A program made the position numbers and the translations under genes. Shown here in pieces: positions 47,481 through 57,383 of a DNA stretch of 62,605 bases. The stretch's first letter is position 1. Each line of letters begins with the position of its first letter. Source of the stretch: an uncultured Candidatus Saccharibacteria bacterium (GTDB lineage Bacteria; Patescibacteriota; Minisyncoccia; Phycocordibacterales; UBA9973). The notes beneath the pieces were generated by a model. It was not told where the DNA came from. It saw nothing but the letters and a program-made list of their open reading frames with translations, and did no database searches. The stretch lies in the NCBI GenBank assembly GCA_964591445.1, contig CAZQAW010000004.1, positions 1 to 62,605 of the forward strand. The letters are read 5' to 3'.

Positions 47481-48542
47481 ATGACCATCGTTGACGTTAT
47501 AAAAGTCTTTTTGCCGGCAACATTTACCTTTATCCTCGGCATTGCCATTACGCCCGTACTCTCGCACTATTTTTATAAGTACAAAATGTGGAAGAAGCGC
47601 GACCGTAGCCTCGACACTACGTCAGAAGCTTTCAAAGAAATTCATAAAGATAAAATCGCAACCGAACTTTCGACTCCATGCGTGGGCGGAAGTGTGATCT
47701 GGATTTCAGTACTTTTGTGTGTCGGTATTTTGTACGGGCTTTCACTTCTTTTTCCAACGCCATTTACCGTCAAGTTCAACTTCTTGAGCCGCGCACAGAC
47801 GCTTGTGCCGCTTGGCATCTTTGTACTCGGAGCATTGCTTGGGCTTATTGACGACATGCTCGAAATCCGCGGGCTTTCCAACTTTACTCGCAAAACAAAA
47901 TGGTACACGTGGGCAAAAATATGTAGCATTACCGCGATCGGCCTTGTTGCCGGACTATGGTTTTACAGCAAGCTCGGCATTTCAAGCATTGCGATTCCGT
48001 TTGACGGACGGCTTGAACTAGGACTTTTGTTTGTGCCGTTCGTCGTCGCACTCATGCTTGCAGTATTTTCTGGTGGAGTGATCGACGGTATCGACGGACT
48101 TTCCGGAGGGGTAATGGTTTCTATTTTTGTCGCGTACGCAGCGATTGCATTTTCACATCATCAGTTCGACATGGCGGCGCTGTGCGCGGCAATTGCTGGC
48201 GGCACGCTCGCATTTTTGTGGTTCAATATTCCGCCCGCCAGATTTTATATGGGAGAAACGGGAATGATGGCTCTCACTGTGACGCTTGGTGCGGTTGCAG
48301 TAATGACAGATTCTGTCCTCATACTCCCGATCGCAGCATTTCCGCTTCTTATCACTTCGCTTTCAGTTATTTTACAGAAAGCTTCACGCGCGCTTCGCAA
48401 CGGCAAACGCATTTTCAAAGTCGCGCCACTTCATCATCATTTCGAAGCAATCGGCTGGCCAAAATATAAAGTCACTATGCGCTATTGGGTCATTTCTATC
48501 GTCTGTGCGATTATCGGCATCGTTATTTCTTTTGTAAGCTGA
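47481..48542 (+). CDS. mraY: Phospho-MurNAc-pentapeptide transferase
   Basis: GLIDD, DGIDGL, FYMGETG, APLHHHFE. Confidence 0.93.
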   Translation: MTIVDVIKVFLPATFTFILGIAITPVLSHYFYKYKMWKKRDRSLDTTSEAFKEIHKDKIATELSTPCVGGSVIWISVLLCVGILYGLSLLFPTPFTVKFNFLSRAQTLVPLGIFVLGALLGLIDDMLEIRGLSNFTRKTKWYTWAKICSITAIGLVAGLWFYSKLGISSIAIPFDGRLELGLLFVPFVVALMLAVFSGGVIDGIDGLSGGVMVSIFVAYAAIAFSHHQFDMAALCAAIAGGTLAFLWFNIPPARFYMGETGMMALTVTLGAVAVMTDSVLILPIAAFPLLITSLSVILQKASRALRNGKRIFKVAPLHHHFEAIGWPKYKVTMRYWVISIVCAIIGIVISFVS

Positions 48543-49663
48543 TGAAAGCTCTCAAAGTCGACAAAGTGTTTCTCGGCATCGTCGGCGCGCTTGTCGTCGT
48601 CGGTCTTTTTGTTTTTATTTCGGCATCGCTCGGCATCTTGGCCAAGAACGAAACGAAGTTTTACGGCGTCCTCACCAGCCAGCTCATGGGGCTTGGAGCG
48701 GGGATAGTGGCTGGCTATATTGCATTTCGCATTCCGTATACTTTTTGGAAAAAATATTCGCTGTATCTTTTTATCGGTTCGCTTATCCTCACATTTTTAG
48801 TATTTGTGCCAGGTCTTGGATTTTCCCACGGCGGCGCGCAAAGATGGATATCGCTCGGATTTATTTCGTTCCAACCAGCAGAATTTCTCAAACTTTCGTT
48901 CCTCATGTACGCAGCGGCTTGGCTTTCGTATATCAAGAATAAAATTCATGACGCACGGTTTTCCGTTATGCCATTTCTTGGCATGTTGCTTGTCATCGCG
49001 CTTGTACTTCTTCGTCAACCGGATACGAAAAGTCTCATACTCATTTTTGCTTGCGGTATCGTCATGTTCTTTGTTTCGGGTTTGAATTTAAAATATCTGG
49101 CCTGGATCGTCGGTATCGGCATCATTGGTTTTGCAGTGCTTGTCATGTTCAAGCCGTATCTTCTTGAACGCGTCAAAACATTTATGGATCCATCTCACGA
49201 CCCGCGTGGCTCTTCGTACCAGATCCAGCAATCGCTCATTGCCATAGGCTCAGGCGGTATTTTCGGCAGAGGCTTCGGGCAAAGTATCGAAAAGTTCAGC
49301 TACTTGCCGGAACCGCAAGGTGACTCAATATTTGCAGTTGTTGGGGAAGAGTTTGGTTTCATAGGAACGGTAACTATTGTTGTGCTTTTCGTCGCATTCG
49401 CCCTCCGCGGGCTCCGCATTGCCAACCGCGCGCCCGACATGTTCAGTAGACTTCTCGTTACCGGAATTGTTATACTCTTTATAACCCAATCATTCTTGAA
49501 CATTGCAGCATTGGTCGGCATCTTTCCGCTTACCGGAGTTCCGCTTGTCTTTGTTTCGCACGGAGGCACGTCGCTCATGTTTGCGCTTGCCGGCATTGGA
49601 ATTATTTTACACATTTCGCAGTTTCAAAAGTCGGGCCATCTAGCACTCAAAGAAAAATCATAA
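48542..49663 (+). CDS. ftsW: SEDS peptidoglycan glycosyltransferase FtsW
   Basis: GAQRWI, FQPAEFLK, LPEPQGDSIFA, LVFVSHGGTS; between mraY and murG. Confidence 0.9.
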   Translation: MKALKVDKVFLGIVGALVVVGLFVFISASLGILAKNETKFYGVLTSQLMGLGAGIVAGYIAFRIPYTFWKKYSLYLFIGSLILTFLVFVPGLGFSHGGAQRWISLGFISFQPAEFLKLSFLMYAAAWLSYIKNKIHDARFSVMPFLGMLLVIALVLLRQPDTKSLILIFACGIVMFFVSGLNLKYLAWIVGIGIIGFAVLVMFKPYLLERVKTFMDPSHDPRGSSYQIQQSLIAIGSGGIFGRGFGQSIEKFSYLPEPQGDSIFAVVGEEFGFIGTVTIVVLFVAFALRGLRIANRAPDMFSRLLVTGIVILFITQSFLNIAALVGIFPLTGVPLVFVSHGGTSLMFALAGIGIILHISQFQKSGHLALKEKS

Positions 49664-49664
49664 T

Positions 49665-50792
49665 ATGAAAATTGTATTTACAACCGGAGGCACGGGCGGG
49701 CATTTCTATCCGGTCATTGCCATTGCCGAACAAGTGAACAAGATCATCGACCGCGACAAGATCGTCCAAGCGAAGTTGTATTATTTTTCTGACGACGCGT
49801 ACGACAAAGCGGCATTGTTTGACAACGGCATCGTGTACAAAAATATTCCGGCAGGGAAATTGCGTTTGTATTTTTCATTTCAAAACTTTTTTGATCTTTT
49901 TAAAACGGCGACAGGCATTGTAAACGCATTTCTTCAGCTCTTTTCGATTTTTCCCGACGTCGTTGTCGGCAAAGGCGGCTACGCAAGCTTTCCAACGCTT
50001 TTTGCTGCACGCATGCTCGGCATTCCGGTTGTCATTCACGAATCAGACTCGTATCCGGGTCGAGTAAACATTTGGGCAGGGAAGTTTGCCAAGCGAGTTG
50101 CGGTTTCTTTTCCCGAAGCTGCGCAGTATTTCCCTAAAGACCGAGTTGCATACAGCGGCCAGCCGATCCGCACCGAAATAGACCAAGCCGCCAAAGACGG
50201 CGTGCATGAATTTTTCAAACTTGATCCAAGTATTCCGACCATACTCATCATTGGCGGGTCTCTTGGTGCGCAAGTCATCAACGACGCCATCATCGACAGC
50301 TTGCCGACACTCGTTGACCGCTACCAGATCCTTCATCAGACAGGCGTTGCAAACTTTGAACAAGTGAAAAATACTGCCGGCATCGTGCTTGGCAACAGCC
50401 TAAACAAAGCTCGCTACCAACCATTTCCATTTATGAACAACTTGCAACTTCGCATGGCTTCCGGCGCAGCCGAAGTGGTGATCTCTCGCGGAGGCTCGAT
50501 GATTTTTGAAATTGCTTCATGGGGGGTGCCGAGCATCATTATTCCGATCACAAAATCAAATGGCGACCATCAGCGCAAAAATGCGTATACGTTCGCGGCT
50601 TCCGGTGGCGGCATAGTGATGGAAGAAGCGAACCTCACCGGCTCTGTCCTTGCCAGCGAACTCGAAAGACTGACTTCGAACAAAGAGCGCCTAGAAAAAA
50701 TGAAGCAAGCCGCCCAAGCCTTCGTGGTCAAAGACGCTGCGCTCCACATAGCGGAAGAGATCGTGAAAATCGCTTTATCGCATGAGAAATAA
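49665..50792 (+). CDS. murG: MurG glycosyltransferase
   Basis: GGTGGHFYP, GKGGYAS, GGSLGA, GDHQRKNA. Confidence 0.95.
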   Translation: MKIVFTTGGTGGHFYPVIAIAEQVNKIIDRDKIVQAKLYYFSDDAYDKAALFDNGIVYKNIPAGKLRLYFSFQNFFDLFKTATGIVNAFLQLFSIFPDVVVGKGGYASFPTLFAARMLGIPVVIHESDSYPGRVNIWAGKFAKRVAVSFPEAAQYFPKDRVAYSGQPIRTEIDQAAKDGVHEFFKLDPSIPTILIIGGSLGAQVINDAIIDSLPTLVDRYQILHQTGVANFEQVKNTAGIVLGNSLNKARYQPFPFMNNLQLRMASGAAEVVISRGGSMIFEIASWGVPSIIIPITKSNGDHQRKNAYTFAASGGGIVMEEANLTGSVLASELERLTSNKERLEKMKQAAQAFVVKDAALHIAEEIVKIALSHEK

Positions 50793-50842
50793 AAAAACTA
50801 CCTATTTCATTATCAGGTAGTTTTTTAATCTTTTGAAACGTA

Positions 50843-51172
50843 TTAGTAATGACCCAATCTATGTAATTTTCGAAAAGAATGATAGCTGTCTCTTGAAATA
50901 ATGTGCTGATTAAAAATATTAATAGAAACTTTTTTTCTGTCTGCCTCGCTTATACGATACATATGGTCATTATTTTTTTCAGCAATCAAACTATTATTAG
51001 CTGCTATTATTTCATCTAAAATCCAACGAAGAGGAAACTCATTATTTTCTGCTTCCCGAACTTCACCGACACTATTGCCAGTTTTATAAACGCCAGTTCG
51101 AATAGAGTTAACAATTTTAAGTCCTTTTTTCGAGAACTTTATTTCATAAGTAAAATACCAATATTTTTCCAT
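50843..51172 (-). CDS. Hypothetical protein (AT-rich insert)
   Basis: 109-aa ORF with promoter and bidirectional terminator near 50791-50826. Confidence 0.7.
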   Translation of the reverse strand: MEKYWYFTYEIKFSKKGLKIVNSIRTGVYKTGNSVGEVREAENNEFPLRWILDEIIAANNSLIAEKNNDHMYRISEADRKKVSINIFNQHIISRDSYHSFRKLHRLGHY

Positions 51173-51191
51173 AGTAATTTTATTTTTCTTT

Positions 51192-51220
51192 ATTGTATCA
51201 TTAATTTATATACTTGTCAA
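51192..51220 (-). promoter_or_regulatory. Near-consensus sigma70 promoter
   Basis: TTGACA-17 nt-TACAAT with extended TG. Confidence 0.8.
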
Positions 51221-51256
51221 CTCGAGAAAAAGCCTTATTTTTGCTAGAATGGCCTT

Positions 51257-52579
51257 ATGTCAGAACAGAAAGTTGTTACTCGTTTTGCGCCTAGTCCTAC
51301 GGGCAATTTGCATGCTGGCGGATACCGCACGGCTTTTTTTGCTTACCTTTTTGCTAAAAAACATGGTGGCACATTCATCCTCCGCATCGAAGACACAGAC
51401 AAAGAACGCTCGAAGCAAGAATACGCCGACGAGATCATTCGCGTGTTTGAAAAAATCGGTATCGCTTATGATGAAAAATATATTCAATCTGAGCACGTTG
51501 GCCGCCACAAAGAACTTTTGCAAAAACTCATTGCCGAAGACAAAGCGTATATTTCCAAAGAAGAAGCAAAAGATGGATCAGGCGTAATCAAAGATATCAT
51601 TCGTTTTCGAAATCCAAACAAAGTCGTAACATTTACCGACCTCATTCGCGGAGACATTTCTACTGACACAACAGACTTGGGTGATTTTGTTATTGCAAAA
51701 AATATTGACGAACCACTTTTTCATTTGGCGGTTGTTGCAGATGACCACGATGAAGGCGTGACCCATGTCGTTCGCGCCGAAGAACATATTGCAAACACTC
51801 CGCGACAAATTCTCATCCATGAAGCACTTGGCTTCAGCATCCCGCATTACGCGCACTTGCCGCTTGTGCTTGCGCCAGATAAAACAAAAATGTCAAAACG
51901 AAAAGGCGCAGTGCCGGTAGTAGAGTACTTAGAAATGGGCTATCTGCCAAGCGCACTTTTGAATGCAATATGTTTGTGTGGATGGAATCCAGGAACAGAG
52001 CAAGAAATCTTTTCTCGTGAAGAGCTTGAGCACGTTTTTGATTTAGACAAAGTTCAAAAAGCGGGAGCAGTTTTCAACGAAGAAAAACTAAATTGGTTTA
52101 ACAAAGAATATATAAAGAAACTAAGCAGTGAAGATTTTTGGAAGAATGCGGATAGATTTATTCCGGACTGGGTCAAGAAAAATGAAATAAAAACTCTAAC
52201 TATCGAAAACTTGATGCGCGATCGTATCGAGAAATTTGCTGACGTGGCGACTTTCTTCGAAGAACATGCTTTCCTTTTTTCAAAACCTGAATACAAAGCC
52301 GAACAGCTTTTATGGAAAGGAACTGCGACGAAAGAAAATACAAAAACACATATTGCAAAAGTGATCGAACTTTGTGAAGGTGTTGAAAATTGGAACAAAG
52401 ACGCGGTGCATGGAGCGGTATTTCCATATGCAGACCAGGCTGGCCGAGGAGAAGTTCTCTGGCCGATGCGCGTGGCACTTTCAGGAAAAGACAAATCTCC
52501 CGACCCTTTTACATTGGCAGAAATTCTTGGCAAAAAGGAGACACTCGAGCGACTCGAAGTTGCGAAATCGCTCCTTTAA
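51257..52579 (+). CDS. gltX: Glutamyl-tRNA synthetase
   Basis: RFAPSPTGNLHAG, LRIEDTD, KMSKR. Confidence 0.96.
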   Translation: MSEQKVVTRFAPSPTGNLHAGGYRTAFFAYLFAKKHGGTFILRIEDTDKERSKQEYADEIIRVFEKIGIAYDEKYIQSEHVGRHKELLQKLIAEDKAYISKEEAKDGSGVIKDIIRFRNPNKVVTFTDLIRGDISTDTTDLGDFVIAKNIDEPLFHLAVVADDHDEGVTHVVRAEEHIANTPRQILIHEALGFSIPHYAHLPLVLAPDKTKMSKRKGAVPVVEYLEMGYLPSALLNAICLCGWNPGTEQEIFSREELEHVFDLDKVQKAGAVFNEEKLNWFNKEYIKKLSSEDFWKNADRFIPDWVKKNEIKTLTIENLMRDRIEKFADVATFFEEHAFLFSKPEYKAEQLLWKGTATKENTKTHIAKVIELCEGVENWNKDAVHGAVFPYADQAGRGEVLWPMRVALSGKDKSPDPFTLAEILGKKETLERLEVAKSLL

Positions 52580-52596
52580 ACGTTAGTATATAACAC

Positions 52597-53871
52597 ATGG
52601 GTATTTTCAAACAGACATTTATTTTCATAGCTTTTTTTGTTGCAACGCCATTTCTTCTGCAAGCGCAAACAGCAGACGAACTCCAGCAGAAGATCAGCAC
52701 TCGCAACGCCGACATCGTCCGCCTTGAACAAGAAATCGCCGCGTACCAGAACGAGCTTGCGGAAACCGGCAAAGAAAAAGATACACTTTCCAAGTCTCTC
52801 AAGCAGCTCGACTTGAACAAGAAAAGTTTGCTGGCAGAAATCAACTTGACCGAAGACAAAATTGGCGAGAAGAATGACGAACTTGCAAGCTTGAGCGAAC
52901 AGATTACCGTCACCGGCGGACAGATCGACGTGAACAAAGAAGTAGTAAAGAACATGATCAAGCGCTTGAATGAAAGGGGAGACATGTCGCTTTTTGCGCT
53001 TGTGGCAAGCGGAGGCTCAATAGGCGATATATGGAAAGAGATCGACCGGATCGCAGCGCTCAACGACGAGCTTACGAACTCAACGACGAAACTTTCCGAA
53101 TCCAAAGTCATGCTCGAGCTTCATCAGCTTGAAGTAGAAACAATAAAACAAGATTTGGAAATGCTCAAAGAAAGTCAGAACGATCAGAAAAAAATTGTCG
53201 AACAAAATGCGAACGAGAAATCTCAGCTTTTGAAAGAAACAAAAAACAAAGAATCTGAATATCAAAAACTTCTTGCCGAAAAGAAAAAACAGAAAGAACA
53301 ATTTGCTTCCGAACTTCGCGACTACGAGAACAAGCTCGCATTCATCCTTGACCCGTCAAAACTTCCGCCTTCCGGTACAGGGATTTTGAGTTGGCCGCTT
53401 GATACGGTATACATTACGCAGCTCTTTGGCAAAACAGTCGCCGCCCAAAGGCTCTATGCTTCCGGCAGTCACAACGGCATCGACTTGAATGCAAAAATCG
53501 GCACGCCGGTAAAAGCGATGGCCGACGGCGTCGTGCTTGGTACCGGAGACACAGACGTGCAATGCAAAGGCGTTTCCTTCGGACGATTTGTTACAATCAA
53601 ATATGACAATGGACTTTCGAGCACGTTTGGACATTTGTCTGTCATTAAAGTTACAGATGGACAGCGCGTTTCTCGCGGCGAAGTCGTCGGCCTTTCCGGC
53701 AACACCGGCTATTCTACTGGGCCACATCTTCACGTTTCTGTGTACGCAAATGGCTCGGTCGAAGTCAAAACACTTCCATCCAAATCTTGCAAAGGCAAAG
53801 TACTCACACAGCCAATAGCCGCAACGAACGGCTACTTGGACCCGATGCTTTATTTACCGCCAAAAAACTAA
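52597..53871 (+). CDS. Coiled-coil M23 peptidase (EnvC/NlpD-like)
   Basis: Signal peptide, long coiled coil, HNGID and GPHLH zinc motifs. Confidence 0.9.
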   Translation: MGIFKQTFIFIAFFVATPFLLQAQTADELQQKISTRNADIVRLEQEIAAYQNELAETGKEKDTLSKSLKQLDLNKKSLLAEINLTEDKIGEKNDELASLSEQITVTGGQIDVNKEVVKNMIKRLNERGDMSLFALVASGGSIGDIWKEIDRIAALNDELTNSTTKLSESKVMLELHQLEVETIKQDLEMLKESQNDQKKIVEQNANEKSQLLKETKNKESEYQKLLAEKKKQKEQFASELRDYENKLAFILDPSKLPPSGTGILSWPLDTVYITQLFGKTVAAQRLYASGSHNGIDLNAKIGTPVKAMADGVVLGTGDTDVQCKGVSFGRFVTIKYDNGLSSTFGHLSVIKVTDGQRVSRGEVVGLSGNTGYSTGPHLHVSVYANGSVEVKTLPSKSCKGKVLTQPIAATNGYLDPMLYLPPKN

Positions 53872-53872
53872 C

Positions 53873-54889
53873 ATGCTAAAAAAAGTAAAACATTTTTACC
53901 AGCGATACGAAGTGCAGCTTTCATACGCCTCGCTCGCGCTCGGCTTCATCATCGACTCGCTGACACTTTCGCGCATCGACCGCATGTTCGACCTTTTGTG
54001 GGTGGCAGGGCATTTGGTCGTCGTGTCTGTCGCCCTCATCCTTTTCAACAAGTTCCGCGACAAAGACAAACTGCGTTTTGCTATGTCGCTCGTGCTTCAG
54101 TTCGGCTTCGGAGGATTGCTTTCGGCATGCTTTATTTTCTTTGCGCGTGGCGCGACGCTTTTCTTCAACTGGCCGTTCATGATACTTCTCGCGGTTGCAT
54201 TCATCGGCAGCGAATATTTCAAAAAGCATTACGAAAAACTCGCATTCCAAATCGCATTCCTCTACTTCGCACTTTTTTCTTTTTGTATCTTCTTCGTGCC
54301 GGTGGTGGTCAAGCGCATTGGCGACTGGATCTTTCTTTTATCCGGACTTACAAGTTTGATCTTCATTTCGCTCGTTCTTTTTATCTTGTACAAACTTACG
54401 CGTGAACAGCTCAAACAATCCGGCAAGATCACTATCGGCGCAGTTTCCGGCATCTTTCTACTCATCAATATTTTGTATTTCGCAAATCTCATCCCGCCAC
54501 TTCCTCTTTCGCTCAAAGACGCCGGCACGTATACCAACATTAGCAAAGTCGACGGCAATTATATTTTGGAAGGGAAGCAGAATACATTTTGGAATGTGCA
54601 CAACTTGAAGCCGAAGCATTTCGCTTACGGCAAAGATGTGTATGCTTACACCGCCATCTTTGCGCCGACAGATCTTTCAACGCCGATCATCCACGAATGG
54701 CAGCAATATGACACCAAGAAAAAAGAGTGGCGAACGCACAGCACCATTACGCTACGCATTCTAGGCGGCCGAGACGAAGGCTTCCGCACATATTCGAAAA
54801 GCTACACCCCGGCAAAAGGGAAATGGCGAGTAAACATCCGCACGACAGGCGGAGCACTCATCGGCCGGACAGCTTTTGTGGTAGACTAA
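53873..54889 (+). CDS. DUF2914-domain membrane protein
   Basis: Multi-TM N-terminus; C-terminal GGRDEGFRTYS...GKWRV...IGR. Confidence 0.75.
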   Translation: MLKKVKHFYQRYEVQLSYASLALGFIIDSLTLSRIDRMFDLLWVAGHLVVVSVALILFNKFRDKDKLRFAMSLVLQFGFGGLLSACFIFFARGATLFFNWPFMILLAVAFIGSEYFKKHYEKLAFQIAFLYFALFSFCIFFVPVVVKRIGDWIFLLSGLTSLIFISLVLFILYKLTREQLKQSGKITIGAVSGIFLLINILYFANLIPPLPLSLKDAGTYTNISKVDGNYILEGKQNTFWNVHNLKPKHFAYGKDVYAYTAIFAPTDLSTPIIHEWQQYDTKKKEWRTHSTITLRILGGRDEGFRTYSKSYTPAKGKWRVNIRTTGGALIGRTAFVVD

Positions 54890-54951
54890 ACCACTTTTGA
54901 CATACCTCTCTTTTTCTGATATAAAGAAGAAAACATAAAAAATAAGAAGCT

Positions 54952-55587
54952 ATGAGAAGAACAAAAGCAGACTGGGACAGAATACTGTTTGCCGGTCTTG
55001 AAACCTTGGCATTAGAGTTGGGATTTACAGAACTTACAGCCGAATTTATCGAAAAAGAAAAGACAGAACTAGGGCTTAAAGAACCTCTCTTCACTACTCG
55101 GATCAAAGATGTGGAAAATCAAGTTATCTTCCAAAAATGGGTAAAAGATTACTCTATCGTACTTATAACTTCTTTCGACAGGAACAAAAGAATGTTTACT
55201 GAGAAGGGTCGGATATGGATTCATGTAGTGTATACCCCAGAGGATAAGAAACATTACACCCGCTACTTTCGAAGAATTGGTATAGGTTTTATGGAAAACG
55301 TAAAACTTGAAATAGAGTTCTTAAATACATTGCTATTTATCAGACCACTCGATAAAAACAATAAACCAATGAGGATCTGGCAGAACCTGAAAAAAGGAGA
55401 GCTGTACTGGAAATCATTCCACAGCAACGAACGCAAAGACGTTAAACAAGGTTTGCGCTTAGAAATAGTGGAGCATGTAGATTCCATGCTGAAACAAAAA
55501 GGTTATTACTTTACCATTCGTAGAAAAAAGCTCGGCATTAAACATTTCGAAAGAGATCTGAGAAAAAAGTGGAGCAAAGCCGCTTGA
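54952..55587 (+). CDS. Hypothetical protein (AT-rich insert)
   Basis: 211-aa ORF; promoter TTGACA-17-TATAAA at 54897-54925. Confidence 0.75.
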   Translation: MRRTKADWDRILFAGLETLALELGFTELTAEFIEKEKTELGLKEPLFTTRIKDVENQVIFQKWVKDYSIVLITSFDRNKRMFTEKGRIWIHVVYTPEDKKHYTRYFRRIGIGFMENVKLEIEFLNTLLFIRPLDKNNKPMRIWQNLKKGELYWKSFHSNERKDVKQGLRLEIVEHVDSMLKQKGYYFTIRRKKLGIKHFERDLRKKWSKAA

Positions 55588-55652
55588 AAGTACAGTTGAG
55601 AAATGGGCCGTCAGTAAAAACTGGCGGCTTTTTTATATGGTAAAATAAAAAA

Positions 55653-56171
55653 ATGAAAAAGAAACTTGTCCGCGTAAAAGACTTGATGCAGAAAAACTAT
55701 TCGTACGAACTTTCGGAGCCTATGGGGAAGAACTTTCACCCCGACTTCAAGCCCGACCTGACACCAAAACAAATGCTCGCGCTCGGAGTGTTTGGCGGAG
55801 TGTATATGCGCGACTGTACAAAAGAATTCCCCAAAGACTGGTTTGCAAAAGCAAAGTTTGCACCCAAAAGCACGCACAAACATGTGGCAGAAATCAACTA
55901 CTTTAAAATAAATGCATCACAACCGCTTGCCGAGTGGCGACGCAAAGGCTGGATTTACAAAGACGACCCGCGCGGCTGGTTCCAGTGGTATTGCCGCTAT
56001 TTTATGGGCCGCAGGCTCCCAAAAGAAGACGAGAAGCAGATCAAGCGCTGGCGCGCCATTAGACGCCACATAGGCCAAATTGCAGCCCATTGCAGGGCAG
56101 GAGACACTACTTGCCGTCCGAGACAAAAACAAGCCCTCCTTCATTGGGCGTATGATACGAGAAAGATGTAA
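55653..56171 (+). CDS. Conserved hypothetical protein, W/R-rich
   Basis: FKPDLTPKQML.LGVFGG, DPRGWFQWYCRY..GRR, RQKQALLHWAYD. Confidence 0.8.
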   Translation: MKKKLVRVKDLMQKNYSYELSEPMGKNFHPDFKPDLTPKQMLALGVFGGVYMRDCTKEFPKDWFAKAKFAPKSTHKHVAEINYFKINASQPLAEWRRKGWIYKDDPRGWFQWYCRYFMGRRLPKEDEKQIKRWRAIRRHIGQIAAHCRAGDTTCRPRQKQALLHWAYDTRKM

Positions 56172-56305
56172 ACAAAAAAACTCCCCAAAACGCCAAGTTA
56201 AAGGGAGCTGATTTATTAAGGTTAAAAAACAATCTACCACTCATGCATCACTGCGGAAGCAATAGAATAAGCTTTAATCTGATTATACGGTCTTTTAACT
56301 TTCCG

Positions 56306-56857
56306 TCAATCATTCCGCTGAACAACTGGCATCTTTCCAGGTATTTGTTTTGAAGCCTCAAGCAGTTTGTACAAAACGCCAACTTCTTCTTCAGTAATAT
56401 TTGGCTGCAACAGAGCTTGTTGAAGCATTTTTACCCCATCTTCTTTTTTAGCAAAAGTGCCGGAATAAAAGTTTGGAGTAGTAAATTGCCAAAGATAAGA
56501 ATTTCCTGCAAGGGCCTTTTTAATTATCGGTTCAAGAGAATATGGATTGAATACTCCGGCAGCCTCTTCCAAACCAAATTCACGGGCCAGCTTCGTCATC
56601 GCTTTAAAGTGAATATCCTCCTCTTCATCAAGACTAAAGGGTAGATCAGAATGATGTACCTGGTTTGTCAATTCATGAAGAAAAAAGAGGTTAAATCCAT
56701 CTTCTTTCAATTTAGTCTTCTTGAGCATTAGCTCCATAATTTGCCGTTTTGTTACATAGGCAATACTCACTTTGTCCGGAGTATAGGCAATGGTGCAAGT
56801 CTTGGTCCCGCCAAGAGTCTCGAAAATAAGTCGAGGATATGTGTTTAAACTTTCCAT
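56306..56857 (-). CDS. Hypothetical protein (AT-rich insert)
   Basis: 183-aa ORF; minus promoter TTGACA-17-TATAAA at 56890-56918. Confidence 0.75.
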   Translation of the reverse strand: MESLNTYPRLIFETLGGTKTCTIAYTPDKVSIAYVTKRQIMELMLKKTKLKEDGFNLFFLHELTNQVHHSDLPFSLDEEEDIHFKAMTKLAREFGLEEAAGVFNPYSLEPIIKKALAGNSYLWQFTTPNFYSGTFAKKEDGVKMLQQALLQPNITEEEVGVLYKLLEASKQIPGKMPVVQRND

Positions 56858-56976
56858 ATGATATACTTTTAAGTTTTGTTGTTTGTTTTTTTATAGCACT
56901 TTTTATATATTGTGTCAAATACAAAATAATTTTAAACGGTATTTGTAAAATAGGGGATTTATGGGAAAATATATAA

Positions 56977-57162
56977 ATGAATAAAACTGCTTCAAGGAAT
57001 AAAAGTATTAAAAAAGACTTAAATAGAGTTTGTATAGTATGTAGTAAAAAGCTTAAGATCAAAGTTAAGGCAAATGGCTCTTATACAGGTGGTCATTATT
57101 TCGGGACTGTTACTCCAAAGAATATTGAGTATTGGGAGTGTGGGGAATGTTGTATCCAATAA
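56977..57162 (+). CDS. Small zinc-ribbon protein
   Basis: CIVC...GGHYFG...EYWECGEC. Confidence 0.7.
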   Translation: MNKTASRNKSIKKDLNRVCIVCSKKLKIKVKANGSYTGGHYFGTVTPKNIEYWECGECCIQ

Positions 57163-57194
57163 AAAAAACCGCCAATAAAGTTGGCGGTTTTTTT
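57162..57194. terminator. Bidirectional terminator
   Basis: AAAAAAACCGCCAA-TAAAG-TTGGCGGTTTTTTT. Confidence 0.85.
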
Positions 57195-57195
57195 A

Positions 57196-57354
57196 TTAAC
57201 ACTCTGGAAGAGACAAAAGATTATCTTTACCTGTCCAATCAGGTTTAGTTCGAATATATGGATTACGTCCATATGGTTCTACAACCTCAACCCATGTAAC
57301 TGCTCCACCAACACTTACAAAAAAGCAAATCGGAAGCCGTCTTTTGTATTTTAA
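57196..57354 (-). pseudogene. C-terminal remnant of a DUF3892-like gene
   Basis: Frame reads FFVSVGGAVTWVEVVEPYGRNPYIRTKPDWTGKDNLLSLPEC-stop; in-frame TAA at 57355-57357 upstream and no start codon. Confidence 0.6.
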
Positions 57355-57383
57355 TTATAATCCTAACATTTTCTACTTACAAC

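Noticed and set aside
1930-48542. Alternative genetic code (TGA read as Gly, as in Gracilibacteria/Absconditabacteria)
   Set aside because: TGA ends holB, dnaK and mraY at the expected positions, and conserved genes are intact under code 11.
22277-53111. Long antisense ORFs (e.g. 22277-22942, 45278-45922, 52509-53111, 3156-3752)
   Set aside because: Shadow frames of well-supported genes with no motifs, promoters or independent signals.
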